DNA from: Callorhinchus milii
Lineage: Eukaryota
Length of the DNA: 64,000 nucleotides
Direction of reading: 5' to 3'
Assembly (NCBI RefSeq): GCF_018977255.1
Contig: NW_024704743.1
Location: forward strand, 97,280,001 to 97,344,000
Shown: positions 39,004 through 52,090 of the stretch, in pieces
How positions within the stretch are numbered: the stretch's first letter is position 1
How the letters are laid out: the number at the start of each line of letters is the position of its first letter
Program-made: the position numbers and the translations under genes
Notes under the pieces: model-generated
Seen by the model: the letters and a program-made list of their open reading frames with translations, nothing else
Databases searched by the model: none
What the model was told of the DNA's origin: nothing

Positions 39004-40605
39004 TTAACTAATCTTTTAGAGTTTTTTGAAGATGTATCTAGCAGGTTAGATAGGGGGGAACCAGTAGATGTAGTATATTTAGATTTTAAAAAGGCATTTG
39101 GCAAAGTGCCACACCAAAGGCTATTGCACAAGGTTAAGGCCCACGGGATTAATGGGAACATATTAGCATGGATTGAAGAGTGGCTAACGGGTAGAAAACA
39201 GAGAGTAGGGATAAACGGGTCATTCTCGAATTGGCAAGATGTGACCAGTGAAGTGCCACAAGGATCAGTGCTTGGGCCTCAGCTATTTACAATTTACATC
39301 AATGAGCTAGACGAGGACATTGATTGTAACGTATCTAAATTCGCGGATGATACTAAACTAGGTGGGGGAGTAAGCTCTGAGGATGATGCAAAAAGATTGC
39401 AACAGGATATAAATAGGCTCGGGGAGTGGGCGAGTAGGTGGCAGGTAGAATTTAATGTGGGGAAGTGTGAAGTTATTCACCTCGGTAAAAAAAATGGAAA
39501 AACAAATTATTTTCTAGAGGGGGAGAGATTAGATAATAATAATAATACTAATAATAATCTTTGCATTTGATATCGCGCTTTTCACGTCGGGAGGACATCC
39601 CAAAGCGCTTCACAGAACACACTGTAAAGTGAATTGACTATATTTGTGGGTGAACACGGCAGCCAATTGTGCACAGCAATATCCTACAAACAGTCGTAGA
39701 TTGAAAATGACCAATTTATTATTGTTTTTGGTTTTGGAGGGATTATTATTAGGCTCTGTGTGGAGTAAGGAAACTTGCCCAAGGTTTCGCCCTCTGCCTG
39801 GAATTGAACTCAGGTCTCTCACTTGCAAAGTGAGTGCTCTAACCACTGAGCTACAGGACTAGATAGTGTTAGTGATCAGAGGGATTTGGGTGTCCTTGTC
39901 CACCAGTCTCAAAAAGTTAGTTTGCAGGTGCAGCAAGCAACTAAGAAAACGAACGGCATGTTAGCATTCATTGCAAAAGGTTTAGAGTACAAGTCTTGCT
40001 GCAACTGTATAGGGCCTTGGTGAGACCGCACCCAGAGTATTGTGTGCAGTTTTGGTCTCCTTATTTAAAAAAGGACATACTTGCCCGAGAGGGGATGCAG
40101 TATAGATTCACTAGGTTAGTTCCTGGGATGAGGGGATTGACCTATGAGGATAGGCTGAATAAACTAGGGCTGTATTCTCTAGAGTACAGAAGAATTAGGG
40201 GAGATCTTATTGAAACATATAAGATTCTTAAAGGGTTGGATAAAGTAGACACTGAGGGTCTGTTTCCCCTGGTAGGAGAATCTATAACCAGGGGTCACAG
40301 TCTGAAAATTAAGGGTCGGCCTTTCAGGTTAGATAGTGTTAGTGTTCAGAGGTCGAGGAAACATTTCTTCACTCAGAGGGTAGTTCACTACCCCAGAAGG
40401 CTGTAGATGCTCAGTCCTTGAACATCTTCAAGGCTGAGACTCATAGATTTTTAAAAAATAGAGGGATTAGGGGATATGGGGATAAGGCAGGTAATTAGAG
40501 TTAGGTCTGAAGATCAGCCATGATCTTATCAAATGGCGGGGCAGACTCGAGGGGCCAAATGGCCTACTACTGCTCCTAATTCTTATGTTCTTATCTTATG
40601 TTCTT
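39004..40605 (+). mobile_element. CR1 LINE, 5'-truncated, RT domain to 3' tail
   Basis: LTNLLEFFE..VDVVYLDFKKAFGKVPH..VPQGSVLGPQLF..KFADDTKLGG..YCVQFWSPY..; tail (TCTTATGT)n. Confidence 0.95.
39536..39859 (-). mobile_element. Young SINE nested in CR1
   Basis: Full family sequence flanked by TSD TAGATA (39530-39535, 39860-39865). Confidence 0.93.
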
Positions 40606-41589
40606 AAATATTTCCCATTGCTCACCTGTATTTTTGTCAGTTAATGGTGTTCTCATTTAACAGTTGCCAATTCCTTTTTCATGCCTTCAAAATTAGCTTT
40701 GTTTAAATTTATGACCTTAGTCTGTGACCTCTCCTTCTCCATTACAAACACCATATTAAATTCAATTACTGTGTATTATAGTCACTGGCTCTAAGATGGT
40801 CCCTAACAACCAGAATATTAACCAAAGAATCTAATTGGAAACTTCATGGCTGTCTGACTGAATAAGCACATTTGGTCGCCAGGACTTTTTAACTGTCACA
40901 AAGTTAATATGTAAACCTCCAGGTGTTAGTGTTGTCCTTTAACCCTTGACTGTCCACCTTGGGACGTCCTCCTGACATGAAAGGCACCATATAAATGCAA
41001 TTTGTTGTTGTTGTTTCTTCGGGGTCTTACTCTCAGGCCATGTGATAAAGTAGGGGACTAATACTGTGTCACCTCCTGAAGTTGAACAATCAACACATTA
41101 GTCATCAGACTACAGAGAGCTTTCGATCTGTACCTCCTTTATATATTTTTTTAAAAGTTTGATTAAATATTTTCATGTGTGTTTGGCCAACAAAGAAGTG
41201 TACATTCCTAATTATTCAGCAATCGGGTTTAAATAATTGCATTCTGTCTATTACGGAATAAATTTCACTCTCAACAATAAAACAGAAAACCATAATATTG
41301 CTTGCAATGTGCAAAAGTAAAGCATTGTTAACCTTTCTGCCCTATAAAGATTGATTCTTCAAGCATGAGGTCATTGCTCCGATTCACCAGACTCCCTTAT
41401 ACTCTCTAGGAACTGATTGTCTTGTAGAGCCCTCCAGTGGCAGTTCTTTATAAAATTCTTCTGGTGTTAACCGTACTATTCATTTGCAAAAGAAACAGGA
41501 CTGGTAGGGTGGTCAATCACAAGAAAGGTTTAAATGAAGACAACCTTTCTGTCCATTTGACCTCATCTTTCCATAATACCAACCTTACA

Positions 41590-42212
41590 GATGAAATTCA
41601 GTGTGGAGAAATGTAAAGTACTTCACATGGGGACAAAAAATCCTGGAAGGGACTATTATTTGAACAGAAGGAAAATAATATGTTTGGAAAATGTAAAGGA
41701 CCTGGGGATCCTGATTGACAATAAATTGAAGCTCTCCCAACAATGCTCTGTGTCAGTGAGTAAAGCAAACCAGATGTTGGGATGTATCAAAAGATCAATA
41801 GCAAACCGAAACAGTGGGATAATCCTGCCACCGTATAAATCATTGGGGAGACCATCCTTAAGAGTACTGTGTACAGTTATGGTCACCACAGTACAAAAAG
41901 GATATTGGAGAAATCAAGAAGTTACAGAGGAGGATAACTAAAATGGTTGAGGGAATAGAGGGACTGAACTATGAGGAACGACTAAGTAAATTGGGTATGT
42001 TCACGCTGGAAAAGAGAAGATTGAGAGGCGACATGATTGCTCTTTTTAAGATTCTAAAGGAGCAAGACAATATAGATCATGACAGGCTGTTTCAACTTGT
42101 CCAGAATTGTAAAACCAGAGGACATGGCCTGCAATTGAATGGGAGTAAATTAAGAACAAATCTAGATGGACCTTAGCCTTTTTTGGTCTAGCATTTTTTA
42201 TGTTCGTATGTT
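41590..42212 (+). mobile_element. CR1 LINE 3' fragment (second subfamily)
   Basis: MKFSVEKCKVLHMG..KDLGILID..KANQMLGCI..YEERLSKLGMFTLEKRRLRGDMI. Confidence 0.9.
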
Positions 42213-42659
42213 ACTAGTTTATCATGAAAGTTGCTTCTCTCACTCTCTCAGTAAATATTGGTATGTCTTGTTTTAGTCTTTTTTATACTGACAGTTCCTA
42301 ACAATAACATGCTTTGTAAGCAGCCCTTAACAATGATTACTCTCCTAACTTGCAGAGTCCAGTGCTCCTGCACTTCAGAATGTTATTTTTCATATTTCAT
42401 GGCTTGCGTATCTGTTTTAAAGAACAGTTGTTGTATGTGGTGTTGACTCAATAAATATTTTGCTGTTTTAGCCTTTATTTACAGAATGGGATGAAAATAA
42501 AATATAGATGTGTGGGGAATTTAACAGACCAGTTTCGCTGTAGGCGGGCTTCCTTTCTGATACATGCTGTAAAGTTGTTTGAGCTGGCAGTGCAAAGTTA
42601 TGTTGTCAGCTCCATATCAAGCCTTCAGTAAACACAACAGAGCTCTATGTGCTTACACT

Positions 42660-43030
42660 GGTGGAGGTGTGTGCATGTAGAGATAACACTCCTCTCTGGG
42701 TCAGTGTTGGTTCAAGTTCCACACTGGGATTTGAGCTCATAGTCTAGGCTGATTAGTAGAGGACTGGAGGATCACTGCATTGTCAGAGCTGCTGTTTTTC
42801 AAATGAGAGATTTAAAGTCATGTGTCATTTGCTATTTCAGTGGAAGATCCTGTGACACTATTTGACAAGAGAACGTTATTTCTCATAGTGTCCTGGCCAA
42901 CAATCCTACTAATCAATTGATCAGTCAGCACACAGCTCTTTTTTGGGAGCTCACTGGTTACAGTCTCTGTTTGTTTGTCTACAAAAGCAATACAGATTAT
43001 ACTTGCAAGTAACGTGCTTTGAGACATCAT
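42660..43030 (+). mobile_element. Old Deu-domain SINE
   Basis: GGTTCAAGTTCCACAC..TCTAGGCTGA..AATGAGAGATTTAAAG..GTGTCCTGGCCAAC. Confidence 0.68.
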
Positions 43031-43032
43031 AC

Positions 43033-43362
43033 ATCCTGTAGCTCAGTGGTCTCAGTGGTTAGAGCACTCGCTTTGCAAGTGAGAGACCTGAGTTCAATTC
43101 CAAGCACAGGGCGAAACCTTGGGCAAGTTTCCTTACTCCACACACCTAATAATAATCCCTCCAAAAACCAAAAACAATAATTAAATTGGTCATTTTCAAT
43201 CTACGACTGTTTGTGGGACATTGCTGTGCGCAATTGGCTGCCGCGTTCGCCCACAAATATACAGTCAATTCACTTTACAGTGTGGTCTGTGAAGCGCTTT
43301 GGGACGTCCTCCTGACGTGAAAAGCGCTATATCAAATGCAAGGATTATTATTATATTATTAT
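43033..43362 (+). mobile_element. Young SINE, short form, with a duplicated A-box segment
   Basis: TCCTGTAGCTCAGTGGTCTCAGTGGTTAGAGC...; family body and tail. Confidence 0.92.
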
Positions 43363-43599
43363 AAAGTACAATAAGAATGCACATTCATTCTTTTAATGGC
43401 ACCACCTTGTGAATTAGAGTGGTATTGCAGCATTTTATTAACGTTCTATGGTAACTTTGTTATTCTCTATTTGTCAATAAATTTACATGAGCTTTAACAG
43501 ATTCCACTATCCTCCTTAGGGCAGTGGGGTGAGGAAGCTAAGCAGATCTCCTTGGAGCTGAGCTGACTTCGAGGGCTTGTGTTTGGCAACAAAATGTCA

Positions 43600-44030
43600 G
43601 ACTCCAGTCAATCCTCTATGGTGGTTCCTGAGGCAGGCAGGTCTGCAGTATTCCAGGGCACTACTGGGAACAGCACAGGCATCCTGGCTCATAGTCAGGA
43701 CTTGGAAGGGTAGACTAGTCACTGCACACAGGGAATCTTACCACTCAGCTTCCGTTATCCCTGCAAGCCAAAGCTTTAATGGGTAGGGTGGTCCTAGTTG
43801 GATAAGCAGCAGAAAGCTTGTTAGACAGTACTCTCAATTGCAAGTTATGCAATTTTATCCAGTAGAATGCACACTCTGGGTGGCGCAAAGCTTAGATCTT
43901 GCTAACCTGTGCCGAATACTCTGTGAAATTAGGCAAGCGGGGTGTGTGCCTTCAGGGAGAGAGTGCACATTCCATTCTAGTCACAGTGAAATTTCCATGT
44001 GCCAGACTCCTGGCTGACCAAAGCAATTCT
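43600..44030 (+). repeat. Unidentified old interspersed repeat (family X), copy 2
   Basis: Homologous to 21895-22260; reverse-strand fragments at 46740-46860 and 47715-47835. Confidence 0.7.
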
Positions 44031-47000
44031 AGGTTGTATGGTATAGAGAGCCAGTGACAGTTATAGTGGTGTGTTATATAGTGACAGCCAATAAGGTCAC
44101 TATTACATCCCCCACTCTAGTTTTCCAAGCTACGAATATTACAAAACCAATTTCCTGATATTTTAATTATAAAAAGAAACCATGCTCACATCAGGGTGGA
44201 GAGATCATTAGACATATTTTGTTTCTAAAATATTATTTGCATTGCAGTGATTGGTACACTTTTGCACATGGCTACATGTAATCTTCAATACAGTTTGATT
44301 ACATTTTATTTGGATAGGTTTAAATTACATCCATTATATAATGTTGATTTGGTAATTACAAAAGACTCCATTAGAAATAGCTCAGGGTTCTTTAGCTCAA
44401 TTCTACATAGTAAAGCTTTGTAGTGTACCACAAAATACCATTAGATTGTGACCTTACTTAACCCGTCAGCAGCATATATTTTACTTTGCCTTGTAGCTGT
44501 TGTCATTCCTTTTTACAAAGGATCTTTTGCGGTCTTTGAGCAGAGTAATGCAGCTATAAAACCAGACAAGAGACAGAGGTTGCAAGGAGAGAAGGAAAAC
44601 ATGATAGGGTGCTATGCAAAATGTGAAGATTATTATTATTATTAAGAAGGTGATTATGAAAAAAATGAGTTGCAGTAATCTATGAAGTCAATCTACAATT
44701 AAATATTTTACTACAGTATAGACTAGCTATACATGACCTCAATAAGTGTTGACCCAAACGTTCTGATATTGTTCTGTCTGTTACTGATGTCTGGTCGTTG
44801 ACCTGTAAAAAGGAGAGTTCAAATTAAACAAGTTCTGCTCATTGCTTTTCTGCATCGGTTTGTTCTGAATTCTATGAAATGATTGACACTTACATTCCAG
44901 TTGCTTGACATGTGCTTGGCATCAACCACCACAGTGTTAGAGCTTAGGCCATAGTTGAGTCCCTTGTGAATCCTGTATCGATTTTCATCTTGCGTGGTAA
45001 CTCTGAAAAGCAATTTAAAAAGAGGCTTTAACATTACCCAAGCAAAAGATGACCATTATTGTTAAGATATTATTTCTGCTAGGAATGATGTTCAATTAAA
45101 TCTAGTAAGTGTTGCCAGAGCAACACAAGATAAGGAGCGCACTAGTTCATTGCTGAGATACCATGTTACAGGCAGTACAGCACACTGGGTCACCTCACAG
45201 ACCTCAGTGCCAATAACAGTTCTGGGAGTGTTAAATTGGCGGATGTGCCATCCTTCAGATGAGACTTTAAACCAAGATCTTGTCTGCCTGTTTAAGTGGG
45301 CATTAAAGATCCCATGGCAATCCTGCACATTGCTCTAGATAAAGTTGGTCATTCATTTCATGGCAGTTTGTGGGATATTGCTGTATGCAAATTGACTGCT
45401 GTGTTTGCCTAGGTGGAGTCCTGTGTCAGTAAGCACAGCACTTGAACCAGATACTGTATGAGAGGCAAACCATTCAGAAACAACTCTGCATAGCCAACCT
45501 GTAGCTATATAGGTTTGTTGTGCTGAGTTATTGGGTCAGTCATTTCTCTAATTTACCTTCAATTACCTCTTCAGCAGGTACCTGATTAACTGCAGTAAGA
45601 ATATTCCTTTATGTGGTGATAGCATTTTAGCAGCAGATAAAAAATATTTCAGCACCAGTCGGTTTGTTTGGCACCCATAAGAAAGTCCAGTGTTTCTGAT
45701 ACTGTAATCTTATCAATCAAGGGAAAGAATATTTTAGCAGCACAACCTGATCTCAATCAATTAAAAGAACAGATATTGAGCTTACCTTACACTTTCATGT
45801 GGGATACATTTAGGTATGTATGACATAGGTCTAGTCACATGTTTTAGATGTACCACAGGCTGGTTGAACAGATTAGTCAATTGAGCCTGGCTGGTAAAGT
45901 CATGAGGGGTTTGGCACCTGTAAGTCACAAACAAGCATCTGTACCTCAGCAAAGCAAGGACAACACAATACAATATTGAATTTGTCTTCTATTTCTGTAC
46001 TTATGATCTTATAAGAAAGCGTAGAACACCCAATTTTATTTCAAAGTAACTTCTTGATTTTGTAGTTTGAATTCTTCAGTGGGAGCAAGGGGATTTTGGA
46101 ATTCTATATTTTAATTACTTCTGCAATGTAGCGGACCCTATCCTCAGTACAGAAATACCCTATTCACACTTTTACGCAAAAAACATGACATCAATGCAAA
46201 TTGTTGTTATAAGGAAGCTTGCAGGACATATCGATTAGCTAATTTTATATAAGGAAAACAACTCACTCACTTTCCTTTGTACTTTCTAATTGTTCAGCAC
46301 CTTGTCTTGAAGAATCTTCTTTTTAACAAGCCTTTCTATGCATCTCTCATCAAAAGCCTTCACCTGACTTGTCTAATTCATATAGAGGAAGTTCTCCTGC
46401 TAAACTCATTGTATTATCTCCATTCCCTTTACATTGAATCAGACCCGCTGTGAAGGATTAGATCTGATAACCGAGGAAGAATTCCAAAACTGTTTGCAAT
46501 CATCAAGGGATGGAGAAACAAAGAAGAAAAAAGTGTTGTCTTGTTTTTGGTCAGCTGGGTGTCTGACACATACAGCAACACATCACCATCATTAAGAGTA
46601 TCCAAACCAAACTGAGAGGTTCCACATATACTGTACACTGTACATATCATCTGCACATGGAAATTTTCCTGGTGTTTGCAATTTATTGAGTACTCTCTCT
46701 CTGGAGGGATGCACCCTGCTGATCTAACTCCATACAGGATTAGCCACAGATTGGTGAAAGCCAAGCCTTGGGAGCCCCAGGTTGGGCTACTGCTGGAGTT
46801 CAAATCAAAATGTATAGTTGCCATTGAGAGCACTGTCTGGCAAGTTATGCACTGTAAGAGATAATATAATATGATAGAGGCTATTATAAAGACATAAATA
46901 CACATAAATAATATATAATTACATATTATTAAAAAGGAAAACCCTATAATTGAAGAAATAATAAATAACTTATATTATATGATTACATAAATTATTAATA

Positions 47001-48654
47001 TGTGTAACTATAGGTTTGCATCAAAGTTTATTTGTACACAACGCTGATATCTACAACAAAGTGATCTCAGGTACATGATCTCAGTATAGTGCTGGGTACA
47101 TAAACAGAGGATATCAAATCAGATCAGTGACCATTACAAGAACATATAAATGTATACACAGAAGAAAAACAGTATCCACCTGAGGCTTGGTCAGATGAGA
47201 ATGAGAAACTCATGATGATGATGATGGCCTCTCTGATGTTACCAGGTTTCCTGAAGCTGCTGCTTTGGTTTTGTTTTGTTTTGTTGTGTTCAGCCCTTCT
47301 TTGGGAAAAGAAAACTTTTCTGATATTGGTCCTGAAATTGCTCTTTACAAGTTGGAATCATTAGAATCGACATGAGATCTTTTAACGGCACACCATGTGG
47401 CTTCAGATGGGGTTTTAGACGGTTAAACTCCCAACTCCCAGAAATATCCCAACTTAGATCCCCAAGCATTAACTCTTGCCAACCTGTGCATAATACTCTT
47501 TCTTTTCCCAGAGGGTAGTTAACAACTGGCACAGGTTCAGTGTGGACTTATTTTTTAAAAAATAGATTTATGCTATATTGGGAGGAATGGGCTGAGCTAA
47601 GAATGGCCCAAGTGGCTTTCCAGAATAAGGGAAACAGGGAGCTCTCTCCAGAGAGAGATAGAGAGAATGTGTGCATTCTATTCCAGACACAGTGATATTT
47701 CTCAAGATTGTGCATTGTGGTCCTGCTGGAGTCTAACCAGCTAAAAATGCTATAGCTTGCCATTGAGAGCATTGCCTGGCAAGCTTCCCACTGCTTGTCT
47801 AGCTAGGACCACACTACTTGTTAAGACTTTGACTTCCAAACTTATCAGGAGCTGAGTGTGAAGAATTCCTGTTTTTAGTAACTGCTTTACCATTTACCAT
47901 TCCAAGTCCTTCTAATGAGACCTCCTTAGAGGATTGACTCGATTCCAACATTGCATTGCCAAGAACGTCACCTTGAAGGCACCTCAGCTCCAAGGAAATC
48001 TCCATCCCTCCTGTAAGCAATTTAAGCAATCCCAGGATTCATGTGTGTTATAAGTTGACCAAAAAGAAGGAACTGCAAGACACTATGGATGTGTTTATAG
48101 GATAAAAACGCTGATTGTTTAAACATTCTAATCAAGAGAGTAAATTGGCTGAAATCCTCCATCATGAGACTGTCAAAGGATCAAATAAGCTCATATAATT
48201 TCTGATAAAAATAAAAAGAACAGAATGACTGAGTCAAGGCTGTCTGGAGTCTTATGTTTTGCAGAAGTTAAGCTGACTTTGTGAAATATACAAAACAGAT
48301 TGTGAAAAAGGAGTCCAAAACATGTAATGTAAAAACTGGGTAAAAGAATGGTAGATTTAGCAAGAAAGCAGAAGAGCAGAGATTTGGGAACGGACTAGCT
48401 ACCCATAAAACTAGCTTCCCGCAACTAATATCTCAAAGAAAGAAGGCAAAGATCGAGACAACCGTCAACATATTGATTGACGCTCACAAAACGACAATCC
48501 AGGTGCCAGTCAGTCAGTTAGTTCTTCGTCCAACTCTTCTCCACAAAATTGGTCCAGCCAACTTTACCTGTGAATTGTACTGAATATACATGAGCATTAC
48601 TTTTGATTAATTAACTGATTGTAACTTGCATAACTTTACTAATTCACACTGTGC

Positions 48655-49350
48655 AGTCCTGTACATAGTGGTTAGAGTACTCACCTCTCAAGCAAGAGGA
48701 CTGGGTTCAATTCCCGGGCAGGGCGAAACTTTAGGCAACTTTCCTTACTCCACACATCTCTGTTTACCTAGCAGTAAGTAGGAAACCTGTTGCTAGTCGA
48801 TTGGCGGTTCGCTTTTCTGGGGCTAATAACTCCTTTCAAAAAATATATATATAATAAATTAATAAATAATAATAAAGTGAAGGATAGGCTGACCAATTTG
48901 GGCCTATATTCTCTAGAATATAGAAGAATTAGAGGAGATCTTATAGAAACCTATAAGATCATCAAAGGGCATGATAGAGTAGGTAGTGGGAGATTGTTTC
49001 CCCTGGTTGGAGAAACTAAAACCAGGGGTCACAACCTTAAAATCAGAGGCCAGCCCTTTCGCACTGAGTTGAGGAAGAACTTCTTCACTCAAAGGGTGGT
49101 GAATGTATGGAACTCGCTACCCCAAAGGGCTGTTGACGCTCAGTCGTTGAACATATTCAAGACTGAGATAGATAGATTTCTTATTGCAAAAGGGATAAGG
49201 GATATGGGGATAAGTCAGGGTCAGGTTATTAGCTGGAGTCAGATTAGAAGATCAGCCATGGCGGGCAGGCTCGAAGGGCCGAATGGCCTACTCCTGCTCC
49301 TACATGTTATGTTATGTTAAATTGGTCACTCAATCCACGACTGGTTGTGG
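48655..49350 (+). mobile_element. Long-form SINE interrupted by a CR1 3' fragment
   Basis: The SINE breaks at AATAATAAA (about 48876) and resumes at AAATTGGTCACTCAATCC (about 49319). Confidence 0.85.
48877..49318 (+). mobile_element. CR1 LINE 3' fragment nested in a SINE
   Basis: DRLTNLGLYSLEYRRIRGDLIETYKI..TRGHNLKI..FFTQRVVNVWNSLP; (TATGT)n tail. Confidence 0.92.
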
Positions 49351-50132
49351 AGCCCACACAGGGAGAGCTGGAGGAGTGCATGTGAAACATGCAACATCAG
49401 ATGTGATTACGAGTCACAATATCCACTTCTGTGTTTCCACAGAAAAAGAGAGAACAAAGAAAATAAAAGTACACTATACGAGGAAAGAATAATTTACAGA
49501 AAAATTCTGCTCAGGATACAGGCACAATGTAGATTTGTTGTATTTGACAGAGGGCTGGTAAGAAATGCTGAGGGAACTCCAGAAAATACAAGGAAACTGA
49601 GAAGAAATTGTGCTGGACCCAAAGACAGTGACAGAGGAATCCTAATGAAGATATGTGAGGCAAAGGTATGAATCCTGTAAATTCTCCCTCTCAGCCAATG
49701 TCACATGAGGCATGAATGTTTCACCTGATGCCTTGTGGCTCACTTTCAAATTAGAATCCTCATAAGGAAACCAAATCAGAAATGGGGGTCGCCTTCTGGT
49801 AACTGGAGCTACAAACATCATGCCATCCCAATGGCCGCTCCAGTAGCAGATCTTGCTATTCCTGTCAATCCAGATTGAATGGAATTCCTGTAGATTGTCA
49901 GGAATATCAAGACCAGTGCTACATTTCAGTCACAAAGCAGATATTTGTCCAAATTTGCTCCCCTTACTTTTTCCTTCCAGCAGTGTGGCGGAAATCTGGA
50001 AAAATGCACTGCAGGGCGTGTAACCTGTAAAGCAGCATAGCAAATGTCGTGCTCTATTTCAAGAATAATAGTACTGATCCTTCCATTTGATATTCATCTT
50101 TCACGTCTGGATGACATCTCAAAGTGCCTGTA

Positions 50133-50450
50133 ATAAGAATAATCCTTGCATTTGATATAACGCCTTATCACATCTGTGAGACTTCTCAAAGTGCTTCACA
50201 GAATATATTGTAAAGTGAGTTGACTATATATTTTATGGGTGAAATGCGGCTGTCAATTATGCACAGCAGTGACCCACAAACAGTCGTGAATCGAGTGACC
50301 AAGTTTTTTTTTTTGAAGGGATTATTATCCCAGGAAAGCGATCCGCCAATCGACTAACAACCAGGTTCCTACTTACTGCTGGTGAATAGAGGTGTGTGGA
50401 GGGAGAAAACTTGCCCAACGTTTCACTCTTCTGGGAATTGAACCCAGTAT
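50133..50450 (-). mobile_element. Long-form SINE nested in an older SINE tail
   Basis: Family sequence; older tail pieces at about 50075-50130 and 50450-50580. Confidence 0.8.
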
Positions 50451-51339
50451 CACTCTTCACATGATATACAGTAAAGTGCAGTGACTGTGCGTTTTGTGGG
50501 CAAACATGGACAGCCAATTTGTTGCACAGGAATGTCCCACAAATAGCTATGGAGTGAGTGACCTATTTTATTTGGGCTGATCACAGCTGTCAAGTGAACA
50601 CTCCTTGCATCACATGACATTGCAAGAGAGGAAGAATTTATAGGAATCATATCTTTGCCTCTAGCATCATAATTAAGATTCCTCGGCCATTCTCTCCAAT
50701 CCTGGCAGCATCTCTTCTCAGTTTCCTTGTGTCTTCTAGAGTTCCCAACATCTCTTACCAGCATTCCGCCAATTACAGAAGAGATAAGATCCAGACTAAC
50801 TGGAAATACAGTATGTAGAATATAGATAATTGGAGATCAGTAAATATAAATTGAATTCAGCGTCAACTAAAAACTTGTTCCATATCACTATAGTACCATA
50901 CTGTATCTGTCTGCTTACTGAGGCTCTTTCCTTGGGTCTCCGAGTCTCTTTCTCTACAAACCTCTATATTATGACTATCTCTAATCCTGAACTATATAAT
51001 GTAAAAATGCAAAGACTTACCTTCACTACTGGCAAAAAAAATCATTGTCGATAAGTAGGTGTGAAGTTGTTTGCACACGTGCAAGATTGTTAGCATCATG
51101 TAGCCATCATCAGACCATCCCTATCGCAAGTCCCATATCCAACTACATAACTGCTTCATAGGCCTACATAGTTACATTAACATGTGAATAACTGGACATA
51201 TGGATACCCAGCATTCTACTTTACAATTTATCTATGGTGCTCCTATTTCCTGAGCAGAATTTTTCTGTGAACCACTCTTGTCCTCGGATACTTTTCTCCA
51301 CTCCATTTTCCTGTGAAAACACAAGGGTGAAAAGGCAAA

Positions 51340-51700
51340 AATAATAGTAATAATAATCTTTGCATTTAACATAGCGCCCTATCACGTTGGTGATTCAAAC
51401 GATGTACTGTAAAGTGGACTGACTGTATATTCTGTAGGCAAAATGCAGCAGCTAGTTAGCACACAGTAATGTCCTGCAAACAGCCATAGAATGAGTGACC
51501 AATTTTGTTTCAGGGATTTGTTGGCCAGAACACTGGGGGAGAAACTCCCTTCTCTTTTCGAATAGTGCCATGGGATCTTTAACATCCACCTGTACAGGCA
51601 AACAGGATCTCAGTTATCCAAAGTATGACACCACTGACAATACATACACCCCCAGCACTGTATTGAAGTGTCAGTTTGTGATTCCACTGAGCCAGCCTGG
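51340..51700 (-). mobile_element. Old Deu-domain SINE
   Basis: TTGGCCAGAACAC..AATAGTGCCATGGGATCTTTAACATCCACCTG. Confidence 0.78.
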
Positions 51701-51764
51701 CATTGTTGTATGATATGATAATTATTGGCATGCTAAAGTAGACCACAATATTCCTTCAGTGCCA

Positions 51765-52090
51765 ACAAAAAACAGAGAGAACCGGAAAAACTCAGCAGGT
51801 CAGGTAGCATCTATGAAGAAAAGAAAGTGAGTCAATATTTTGGGTCCACAACCCTCTATTTTGACTCTATAACTTCAGCAGAGTCAATCTCTTACTTTTT
51901 CACAGACGAATCATAAAGAAATGTGTTTTTTTGTTGAGATGGTACAAGGGGAGGTACTAGTTTAATTCTCAAACTTAGGAAAGGGTGAATTCTGATGAAA
52001 TGTCATTGACCTGAAACTTTAACTCACTTTTCTCTCTCCATAGATGCTGCCTGACCTGCTGAGTGTTCCCAGCGACTTCTGTTTTTATTC
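51765..52090. mobile_element. Penelope-like termini in inverted orientation; the plus copy has a hammerhead motif (51985-52027)
   Basis: 51765-51857 (-) and 51985-52090 (+) are homologous to 34180-34307; GTGAATT-CTGATGA-AATGTC(ATT)GACCT-GAAACTTT-AACTCAC. Confidence 0.62.

Larger units (their letters stand above)
38250..40830 (-). mobile_element. Older CR1 fragments (host of a younger CR1 insertion)
   Basis: Reverse-strand EMAELLKEYFVSVLT and EHSVQSG remnants; the host sequence resumes after 40606 with probable TSD TCTTAA. Confidence 0.65.

Noticed and set aside
38968..40406. RT-like ORFs as functional genes
   Set aside because: 5'-truncated, interrupted and frameshifted CR1 remnants; the same applies to the L2 ORFs at 20964, 23607, 57613 and 62229.
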